Source: a bacterium (GTDB taxonomy: Bacteria; Oederibacteriota; JAJYGY01). Taken from it: a DNA stretch of 27,363 nucleotides. The stretch covers positions 1-27,363 of the forward strand of contig JAJYGY010000071.1 of assembly GCA_021790555.1 (NCBI GenBank), in the 5' to 3' direction. Positions 17,000-24,581 of the stretch are shown here, in pieces (within the stretch, counting starts at the first letter, position 1; each line of letters begins with the position of its first letter). The translations under genes and the position numbers were made by a program. Below the pieces are notes generated by a model. The model was not told the origin of the DNA. It ran no database searches and saw only the letters and a list, made by a program, of their open reading frames with translations.

Positions 17000-18367
17000 C
17001 TATTTGATGTAGAAGCGCTTGGTCACCCGCTTGGCGAAGTAGCCGGCCGAGGAATAGGTGGCCTCCACCCGGATGGAGATCCGGTAGGCCCCGGGCGAGG
17101 CCAGGGCCCCCTTCTGGTCCCGGCCGTCCCAGTACAGGGACTGCTCCCCTTCCTCCATCTGCCCCCGGAAAACCGGAAAGACCAGGCCCCCCTGGTCGTC
17201 CAGGATGTCGGCCTCCACCTTGGCCCTTTCGGTGAGGGTGAAGTCGATGCGGAGCAGGCCCGTGCCGTCGCTCTGGGCCTGCCTCGAAAGCGCCAGGTTC
17301 TTCAGGTCCGCGCCGATCCAGAAGTACTGCGAGGAGTCGGCCTCCACCACGAATACCTGGCCGTAGTGCCGGTTGATGGCGATGCCGCGCGGCGAATCGA
17401 ACTGGCCGTCGCCCTTGCCCGGGCTTCCGTAGGAATCCAGGTAAACCAGCTGGCGCGTGAACTTGTGCACCTGGTCGTTGCTGCTGTCGGTCACCCAGAC
17501 GTTGTTGAAGTAGTCCAGCGCCAGGCTGTTGAAGTAAACCAGCAGCCGGCCCAGGTCGGCGCCTTCGGCCTCGGCCAGGAGGTCGCCCTGCGGGCTGAAC
17601 TTCTGCAGGCGGGTGTGGTAGTCGTCCACCACGAAAAGGGCCGATTCGCCGCAGCAGGTGTAGGGGTTGCGCGGGTCGGTCACGGCGATGGCCGTGGGGG
17701 CCTGAAGGCTGCTCCCCTGGCCCGGTTCCGACCCGAAGGAATAGAGGAAGTCGCCCGAGGGCGAGAAGACCTGGACGCGGTTGTTTCCGGTGTCGGCCAC
17801 GAACAGCCGGCCCTGGGAATCGAAGGCAACCCCGCTGGGGTCCTCGAACTGGCCGTCGCCGGAGCCCGGGCCGCCCAGGGCCCTCTGCCATTCCAGCCCG
17901 TCCTGGCGCAGCAGCAGAAGGGCCACCCGGTTGTTGCCGGCGTCGGCCACGGCCACGCGTCCGTTGGGGAGCATGGCCACCCCCACCGGGTGGTTGAAGC
18001 AGCCGGCGCCGGCGCCGGGCCGCCCGTACACGGCCAGGCCCTCCATGCTGGGGTTGTAGACCAGGCACGAGGCCCCCGAATTGACCCCGATCACCGTGAC
18101 CTGGTCGTCCTCCGGCCCGCTCTGCCACAGGTGCGCGCAGGCAAGGCCCTGGGGGTCGTCGAAACGCGTCTGGTCTCCCAGGAACAGCTTCAGCAGGGCA
18201 GGGGTGCCGCGGTGGATTCCGAACGGGGTGTGCCAGAAGCTCGGATACACCAGGGTGGTGGGCCCGTTGAGCAGGGACACGGCGGCGCGCAGGGACGGAC
18301 AGGCGCCAAGAAGGCCCCAGGCCGCGAGGCTGAGGCAGAGGGCTCGGAATCTTGGGCGGAAGGTCAA
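17000..18367 (-). CDS. Secreted NHL-repeat beta-propeller protein with C-terminal FlgD-Ig/CTD-like domain
   Basis: Signal peptide, repeated F..P.G.A..VAD.GN.RV units, and a tail WDGRDQKG...PGAYRI. Confidence 0.85.
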   Translation of the reverse strand: MTFRPRFRALCLSLAAWGLLGACPSLRAAVSLLNGPTTLVYPSFWHTPFGIHRGTPALLKLFLGDQTRFDDPQGLACAHLWQSGPEDDQVTVIGVNSGASCLVYNPSMEGLAVYGRPGAGAGCFNHPVGVAMLPNGRVAVADAGNNRVALLLLRQDGLEWQRALGGPGSGDGQFEDPSGVAFDSQGRLFVADTGNNRVQVFSPSGDFLYSFGSEPGQGSSLQAPTAIAVTDPRNPYTCCGESALFVVDDYHTRLQKFSPQGDLLAEAEGADLGRLLVYFNSLALDYFNNVWVTDSSNDQVHKFTRQLVYLDSYGSPGKGDGQFDSPRGIAINRHYGQVFVVEADSSQYFWIGADLKNLALSRQAQSDGTGLLRIDFTLTERAKVEADILDDQGGLVFPVFRGQMEEGEQSLYWDGRDQKGALASPGAYRISIRVEATYSSAGYFAKRVTKRFYIK

Positions 18368-18429
18368 GGGGGGGCGGTCCTCGGAGTCTGGGGCCGGAAT
18401 CCTGAATCTCTGCCGGAAAGGACGGCCGC

Positions 18430-18792
18430 ATGGCCTATTGCGTGGTTCTGATCACCGCCCCGGACGAGGAGGAGGCGGACAGGCTGGCCTCCCTGCTGGT
18501 CGGCGGAAGGCTGGCGGCCTGCGTCAACCAGGTGCCCGGGCTTAAGTCCACCTACCGGTGGAAAGGCGAGGTGCGGACCGCCCGGGAGGTGCTGCTCGTC
18601 GCCAAGACGCTCAAGACCCGGGTCAAGGACCTGATACGGTCGGTCAAGAAGAACCACTCCTACGGCGTGCCCGAGGTCCTCGCCCTGCCGGTCAAGCAGG
18701 GCAGCCGCGACTACCTGGAATGGATCACGGAGAGCCTGAAGCTTCCGTCCGCCGGGACCCCTCCCGCGGACCAACCCAAAAGGAGGTCCTGA
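18430..18792 (+). CDS. cutA: Divalent-cation tolerance protein CutA
   Basis: LAACVN, STYRWKGEV, E.LL..KT, HSY.VPE.LALPV..G...YLEWI. Confidence 0.92.
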   Translation: MAYCVVLITAPDEEEADRLASLLVGGRLAACVNQVPGLKSTYRWKGEVRTAREVLLVAKTLKTRVKDLIRSVKKNHSYGVPEVLALPVKQGSRDYLEWITESLKLPSAGTPPADQPKRRS

Positions 18793-19749
18793 ATGAAATC
18801 CCTGGTGGCCGGCGGAGCCGGCTTCATCGGTTCGCACCTTTGCGAGGCCCTGCTCAAGCGCGGCCACGACGTGGTCTGCGTCGACAACCTCATTTCGGGG
18901 CGCCTGCGCAACCTGCAGGGCCCGGCCATCGCCGGGGCCGGCAGGCGCTTCCGTTTCCTCAGACACGATATCCAGAATCCGCTCAAAATCAAGGTTGATT
19001 TTGTCTTCAACCTGGCCTCGCCGGCCTCGCCCCCTCATTACCAGAAGCACTCCATCTTCACCCTGCGCACGGGGAGCGAAGGCACCTACCAGCTGCTGCT
19101 GCTGGCCGAGCGCTCCAGGGCCCGCTTCCTGCAGGCCTCCACGTCCGAGGTCTACGGGGACCCCGAGCAGCACCCCCAGACCGAGGACTACTGGGGCCAC
19201 GTCAACCCGGTGGGCCCGCGGGCCTGCTACGACGAATCCAAACGCTACGCCGAGGCCCTGTGCATGGAATTCTGGCGCAAGCGGAAGGTGGACGTCCGCG
19301 TCATCCGCATCTTCAACACCTACGGCCCCCGCCTGGACCCCAAGGACGGGCGGGTCATCTCCAATTACGTGATGCAGGCCCTGCGCGGCCAGCCGCTCAC
19401 CGTGTACGGCACCGGCCGGCAGACGCGCAGCTTCCAGTATGTTTCCGACCTGGTGGAGGCCATCCAGAAGGTGATGTTCTCGCCCGGCCAGGCCGGCTGC
19501 GTGTACAACACCGGCAACCCCGGGGAATTCACCATGATCCAGGCGGCCCGCCTGGTGAAGAAGCTGACCGGCAGCTCCTCCCCCATCGTCTTCAAGCCCC
19601 TTCCCAAGGACGATCCGGCCCGGCGCCGTCCCGACATCACCAAGGTCAGGAAGGCCCTGGGCTGGCAGCCCAGGGTGCCCTTCGAAGAGGGCCTGAAGAT
19701 GACCATCCAGTGGTTCCAGGAGGAGCTCAAGGGGAGCCGGGCGGCCTGA
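18793..19749 (+). CDS. UDP-glucuronate decarboxylase (UDP-xylose synthase-like SDR)
   Basis: GGAGFIGSHLC, LASPASP.HY, ASTSEVYGDP, YWGHVNP.GPRACYDESKR, RIFNTYGPR, DDP.RR.PDI. Confidence 0.92.
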   Translation: MKSLVAGGAGFIGSHLCEALLKRGHDVVCVDNLISGRLRNLQGPAIAGAGRRFRFLRHDIQNPLKIKVDFVFNLASPASPPHYQKHSIFTLRTGSEGTYQLLLLAERSRARFLQASTSEVYGDPEQHPQTEDYWGHVNPVGPRACYDESKRYAEALCMEFWRKRKVDVRVIRIFNTYGPRLDPKDGRVISNYVMQALRGQPLTVYGTGRQTRSFQYVSDLVEAIQKVMFSPGQAGCVYNTGNPGEFTMIQAARLVKKLTGSSSPIVFKPLPKDDPARRRPDITKVRKALGWQPRVPFEEGLKMTIQWFQEELKGSRAA

Positions 19750-19759
19750 GCCGCCCCGT

Positions 19760-19788
19760 TTCGAAATTCCGCCTGGTTGTGCTAGAAT
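19760..19788 (+). promoter_or_regulatory. Promoter candidate for the radical SAM / YfhO genes
   Basis: TTCGAA (19760-19765), 17 nt, TAGAAT (19783-19788), with an extended TG at 19780-19781. Confidence 0.6.
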
Positions 19789-19816
19789 CCACCCCGAATC
19801 CAGGCCAGGAGGAGTC

Positions 19817-21271
19817 ATGCCCAGCGTCCTTTTGACGGTTTCGAACCTGCGCTCCATCTTCGGCGACACCAACGCCATTCCCGGCCACCCCCACACCGGG
19901 GTTGCCTACCTCTCCTCCTTCCTGAAGTCCAAGGGGGTCCATGTCGACCTCTACGACGAGCGCATGGACGGGCCGGAGCGCCTGAAGACCCTGCTGAAGA
20001 ACGACTACGACCTGGTGGGGGTCACGGCCTTCAGCTACTCGCTGCGCCACGTCTACGCGCTGGTGGAGAGGATCAAGTCGCTGACCCGCGCCCCGGTGGC
20101 CCTGGGAGGGCCCCACGTGTCGGTGTCCCGCCTGCAGGTATTCAAGGACTGCCCCGTCGACCTGGCCGTCAAGCACGAGGGCGAACTGACCACCCTGGAA
20201 CTTCTGGGGGCCCTGACCCGGCCCGAGCCGGACCTGGCCCAGGTCCAGGGCCTGATGTGGCGCAGGGGCGCCGACCTGGTCGAGAACGCCGACCGCCCCC
20301 TGATCGAGGACATCGACACCCTGCCCTACCCGGACTACGAGTCCTTCGGGCTGGAGCGCTACCCCTGCGCCAAGTCCAAGGCCCTGCCCTTCATCACCCA
20401 GCGCGGCTGCGTCTACAAGTGCAACTTCTGCTCGGTGCCGGTGTCCATGGGAAGCTCCTTCCGCGCCCGCACGCCGGAGAAGACCGTGGCCGAGCTGGAG
20501 CACTGGCACGCCAAGGGCTGGCGCCACTTCCAGATCAACGACGACGTCTTCAACCTGCACCCGCCAAGGGTCATCGAGATCTGCAGACTCATCGTGGAGC
20601 GGAAGCTGGACCTCACCTGGGAGCTTTACAACGGCATGCGCGTCAACGCCGTCAACGAGGAGCTGCTCGACTGGATGAAGCGGGCCGGATGCCGGCTCAT
20701 CTCCTACGGCTGCGAATCCGGCAGCCCGCGCATCCTCAAGATCATCCGCAAGGGCCTCACCAAGGAGATGGTCACCAAGGCCGTGGGCCTGACCCACAAG
20801 GCCGGCATCTCCTGCTCGGTCAATTTCATCGTGGGGCATCCCACCGAGACCTACCAGGACGCCCAGGAAAGCCTGCGCTTCGCCGAGGGCCTGCCGGCCA
20901 GCTTCATCAACTTCTACAACGACACCCCCTATCCCGGCACCGAACTTTTCGAGTGGGTGAAGGCCAACGCCCGCATCCTCTACCCCAAGTACCTGACGGA
21001 ACTGTCCTACAACTCGCGCGAGCCCATCTTCGACACGCCCGAATTCCCCCGCGACGAGCGCATGAAGATCCTGGACCGGGGACGCGACCTCTACGAGCGC
21101 AGCGTGCTGCGCTACCGCATGGGCCCCTTCTGGGGCGGCCTGGCCTTCCGCCTGAGCCGCTGGCCCTGGTTCAAGCAGCTGGGCATGCGCTTCGTCACCA
21201 ACACCCGGCTGGGCCACGCCATCTTCAGCCGCCTGAGCGTCAAGTTCGGGGGCATGGTGTGGGTGCGCTGA
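19817..21271 (+). CDS. B12-binding domain radical SAM protein (class B methyltransferase-like)
   Basis: GVAYLSSFL, LGGPHVS, HEGE, RGCVYKCNFC (CX3CX2C), INDDVF, YGCESGS, YPGTELF. RBS GGAGGAG. Confidence 0.9.
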   Translation: MPSVLLTVSNLRSIFGDTNAIPGHPHTGVAYLSSFLKSKGVHVDLYDERMDGPERLKTLLKNDYDLVGVTAFSYSLRHVYALVERIKSLTRAPVALGGPHVSVSRLQVFKDCPVDLAVKHEGELTTLELLGALTRPEPDLAQVQGLMWRRGADLVENADRPLIEDIDTLPYPDYESFGLERYPCAKSKALPFITQRGCVYKCNFCSVPVSMGSSFRARTPEKTVAELEHWHAKGWRHFQINDDVFNLHPPRVIEICRLIVERKLDLTWELYNGMRVNAVNEELLDWMKRAGCRLISYGCESGSPRILKIIRKGLTKEMVTKAVGLTHKAGISCSVNFIVGHPTETYQDAQESLRFAEGLPASFINFYNDTPYPGTELFEWVKANARILYPKYLTELSYNSREPIFDTPEFPRDERMKILDRGRDLYERSVLRYRMGPFWGGLAFRLSRWPWFKQLGMRFVTNTRLGHAIFSRLSVKFGGMVWVR

Positions 21272-21334
21272 ATTCCCGGCCCGACCCTTCTCCCGTCCCG
21301 GCGCGGCCCGGAACGGACCCTTTTCCGGAGCAGG

Positions 21335-23698
21335 ATGCCCGTCCCGCCTAAACCCCCTTCCCCCGCGCCCTGGCGCCTTTCCGGCCGCGCGGCCTTCCTG
21401 CTGGCCCTGTCCCTTTTCGTGGCGGTCTCGGCCTGGATGTTCTGGCCCTGCCTGGCCGGAGGCAGGATGCTGTGGGGCTCCGACCAGCTCAGCCTGGGCA
21501 TGCCCCTGCAGTTCTCGGCCCGGCGGGCCCTGGCGCGGGGCCAGTGGCCCCTGTGGATGCCCGAGCTGTTCTGCGGCATGCCCGGCCTGGCCTCGATGAA
21601 CAACTTCCTCTACCCCAGCTTCCTGCTCTACGCCCTGGCCGGCGTGCCGGTGCCCTTCATCTTCGGCTACGACGCCTTCCTGCAGGTCGTCCTCTCGGGC
21701 CTGGGAACCTACCTTTTCTGCCGCCGCCTGGGCCTGAGGGGCGGAGCCTCCCTGGTTTCAGGGCTGGCCTTCGCCTGTTCCGGCACCCAGGTCTCTCTGC
21801 TGTTCGCCGGCCACACCAACAACGTCATCGCCATCGCCCTCATCCCCTGGACCTTCTTCGGCATCCAGCTGGCCTTTTCCTCCGCCAGGGCCTGGCGCTG
21901 GTACGGGGGGTTCGGGCTGACCGGCGCCGCCCTGGCCCTGCAGATCCTGGGGGTGGGCATGCAGATCTTCGCCTACGACATCCTGGCCCTGGCGGCCTTC
22001 ACGGCCTGGCTGGCCTGGAGGGAGGGCATGCTCGGGCGCGCCGCCGCCCCGGTGGGCCCCTGGCACCGCCGGCCCTGGGCCCGCCTCGCCCTGGGCCTGG
22101 GTCTGATGGCCCTGCTGTGCACGCTGCTCTCGGCCCCCCAGCTCCTGCCCACGCTGCGCTACCTCGGGTATTCCCTGCGCCACGACTTCTCCTTCAAGGA
22201 TTTCGGCTCCTGGTCCTTCCCCCCGGCCGAATCCCTGCAGTGGATCGTGCCGGGCTTCTTCGGCTGGGCCTCGCCCACCTACTGCGGGCGCTGGGAATTC
22301 AACCTCACCTCGGAATACATGGGCCTGGTTCCCTGGGCCCTGGCCTTCGCCGCCCTGGCCGCCGGGTTCCGCCAGAAGCGCGGACCCCACCGCTTCTTCG
22401 CCGGCCTGGCCCTGGCCTCCTTCGTCATCGCCCTGGGGCACGACACGCCCTTGAGCCGCGTGTTCTTCCACCTGCCCGTGTACTCCGGGTTCCGGTCCTG
22501 GACGCGCTTCCTCTGCCTGCTGACCTTTTCGGTGTGCGTGCTGGCGGGACTGGGCCTGGACGCGCTCCTCGACCCCCGCGAGGGGGCGCGGGCCAGGCGG
22601 GGCGCCCTGGCCTTCTGCGGCCTGGCCCTGCTGGCCTCGGCCTTCTGCCTGGCCGGCGCGCAGGCCTGGGCCGCCGCCGCCGCCCCCAAGGCCGCCCCCG
22701 CCCTGGGGGGCCTGGAGCAGGCCCGCCGGGCCGTCCAGGCCCTGGCCTCCTCCTCGGCCCTGCGGGCCCTGGGCACGGCCCTGGCCCTGGGAGCGGGCTT
22801 TTTCCTCCTCCCGCGTCTGCCCCGCAAGCCCCTGGCCGCGGCCCTGGCCCTGGCCGGCCTGGTGGCCTTCCACCTGTGGGACGTCTCGCAGATGCACGCG
22901 CGCTTCATCACCTTCGCCGACCCGGACCAGGTGCTGGCGCGGCCGGCCTTCCTGAAGGACCTCCCGGACCCCCAGGCGCCCCAGCCCACCCGGTTTCTCG
23001 ATCCGGCCGGCCTGTTCCACATCAACCAGTGGGCCGACTTCGGAATGGAGTCCATCCAGGGCTACCACGGTATGTCCATGCAGAGCGCCGAATCCCTGCG
23101 CGAGGCCATGAAAGGCCATGTCCGGCGAGAACTGAGGCTGCTGAACGTCCGCTACATCCTGGAACGGCAGCCCCTCAACGCCCCGGGCCTGAAGCTGGTC
23201 GGCCAGGACGGCGGCTTCGTGTACGAAAACGAGGACGCCCTGCCCCGCGCCTTCCTGGCGGGCCGGGTCCTGTCGGCCGGCGATCCGGACCAGGCCTACG
23301 CCATGCTGGCGCGGCCGGATTTCGATCCGGGCAGGGACGTCATCCTGGTGCATCCTTCCGGCTTCGCGGCGGTCCCGGGCGCCAAGGGCGGCGTGGAATG
23401 GCTGAGCCGCGGCAGCGATTCCTTCGACCTGCGGGTCACGGCCGGCCAAAACGCCTACCTGGTGGTGTCGCAGTCCTGGTATCCAGGATGGAAGGCCTGG
23501 GTGGACGGCCGTGAAACACCCGTGCTTCAGGCCGACGGCGCGCTGCAGGCCATCGCCCTGCCCGCCGGCGGGCACCGGGTGCGCTTCGCCTTCGAATCCG
23601 CCCCCTTCCAGGCCGGGCTGGGCCTGGCCGGCCTGGGCCTTCTGCTGGCCCTGGGCCTGGCCTGGAAGGCCTGGAGGGAGTCCCCGGAAACGGCTTGA
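21335..23698 (+). CDS. YfhO-family GT-C membrane glycosyltransferase
   Basis: GQWPLWMP..FCGMP, multi-TM core, SIQGYHG, LRLLNVRYIL, NEDALPRAF, LVVSQSWYPGWKAWVDG...ADG.LQAI.LPAG.HRV.F C-terminal domain. Confidence 0.88.
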   Translation: MPVPPKPPSPAPWRLSGRAAFLLALSLFVAVSAWMFWPCLAGGRMLWGSDQLSLGMPLQFSARRALARGQWPLWMPELFCGMPGLASMNNFLYPSFLLYALAGVPVPFIFGYDAFLQVVLSGLGTYLFCRRLGLRGGASLVSGLAFACSGTQVSLLFAGHTNNVIAIALIPWTFFGIQLAFSSARAWRWYGGFGLTGAALALQILGVGMQIFAYDILALAAFTAWLAWREGMLGRAAAPVGPWHRRPWARLALGLGLMALLCTLLSAPQLLPTLRYLGYSLRHDFSFKDFGSWSFPPAESLQWIVPGFFGWASPTYCGRWEFNLTSEYMGLVPWALAFAALAAGFRQKRGPHRFFAGLALASFVIALGHDTPLSRVFFHLPVYSGFRSWTRFLCLLTFSVCVLAGLGLDALLDPREGARARRGALAFCGLALLASAFCLAGAQAWAAAAAPKAAPALGGLEQARRAVQALASSSALRALGTALALGAGFFLLPRLPRKPLAAALALAGLVAFHLWDVSQMHARFITFADPDQVLARPAFLKDLPDPQAPQPTRFLDPAGLFHINQWADFGMESIQGYHGMSMQSAESLREAMKGHVRRELRLLNVRYILERQPLNAPGLKLVGQDGGFVYENEDALPRAFLAGRVLSAGDPDQAYAMLARPDFDPGRDVILVHPSGFAAVPGAKGGVEWLSRGSDSFDLRVTAGQNAYLVVSQSWYPGWKAWVDGRETPVLQADGALQAIALPAGGHRVRFAFESAPFQAGLGLAGLGLLLALGLAWKAWRESPETA

Positions 23699-23777
23699 CC
23701 CGGCGGGAAGGCCGATTTACACCGAAAGGACCGTGTTTGCCGCGGCTTCCCGCGAGGCGCCTAAGGAGCCCTGTTCG

Positions 23778-24497
23778 ATGCCGAACCTTTCCCGAAAAGC
23801 CCTGGTGGTCATCCCCACCTACAACGAACGTGGAAACATCGCCGGCCTGGTGCCCCAGGTGCTGGCCCGCGACCGGCGCCTCGAGGTGCTGGTCGTGGAC
23901 GACGCCTCGCCCGACGGAACCGGCGACGAGGCCGAGCGCCTCCGGCGGCGTTTCCCCGGCCGGGTCCACGTGCTCCACCGCCGGGGCAAGGGCGGGCTGG
24001 GCAGCGCCTATGTGGAGGGCTTCGGCTGGGGCCTGAAACGCGGATACGGCCTGCTGCTGCAGATGGACGCGGACTGGTCCCACGACCCCAAGTACCTGCC
24101 GGATTTTCTGAAGGCCCTTCAGACCGCCGACGTGGTGGTGGGCACCCGCTACCAGGGAGGCCGGGTGAGCGTGGTCAACTGGCCCCTCTCGCGGCTGTTC
24201 CTTTCCACCGGCGCCAGCCTCTACGTGCGCCTGGTCACCGGCCTGCCGCTCTCCGACTGCACCGGGGGCTTCAAGGCCTTCCGCCGCCGGGCCCTGGAAT
24301 CCATCGGCCTGGACAAGGTCCGCTCGGACGGCTATTCCTTCCAGATAGAGATGAACTACAAGGCCCACCGGCGCGGCTTCCGCTTCGCCGAGGTCCCCAT
24401 CATCTTCATCGACCGCACCTCCGGAAGCAGCAAGATGAGCCCCCGCATCGTGCGCGAGGCCATCTGGCGGGTCTGGGCCCTGCGGCTGGGGATATAG
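23778..24497 (+). CDS. Polyprenol monophosphomannose synthase (Ppm1/DPM1-like GT2)
   Basis: VIPTYNERGNI, VDDASPDGTG, GKGGLGSAY, QMDADWSHDP, DCTGGFK, GYSFQIEM, RTSGSSKMS. AAGGAG precedes ATG 23778. Confidence 0.9.
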   Translation: MPNLSRKALVVIPTYNERGNIAGLVPQVLARDRRLEVLVVDDASPDGTGDEAERLRRRFPGRVHVLHRRGKGGLGSAYVEGFGWGLKRGYGLLLQMDADWSHDPKYLPDFLKALQTADVVVGTRYQGGRVSVVNWPLSRLFLSTGASLYVRLVTGLPLSDCTGGFKAFRRRALESIGLDKVRSDGYSFQIEMNYKAHRRGFRFAEVPIIFIDRTSGSSKMSPRIVREAIWRVWALRLGI

Positions 24498-24581
24498 GGG
24501 AATTCCGGGGGTCCTGGGGCGGACGCCGCCCCCTCGGGCCCAGTCGAAGGGCCGGGACTCCGGGACTTTCGGGACAAACCC

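Noticed and set aside
23695-23723. Promoter TTGACC-17-TACACC before the Ppm1-like gene
   Set aside because: The -10 lacks the conserved final T and the -35 overlaps the YfhO stop codon, so it is too weak to call.
24516-24553. Two short GC hairpins and triple CGGGAC repeats before PorV paralog 3
   Set aside because: No U tract, and such short stems are expected by chance at this GC content.
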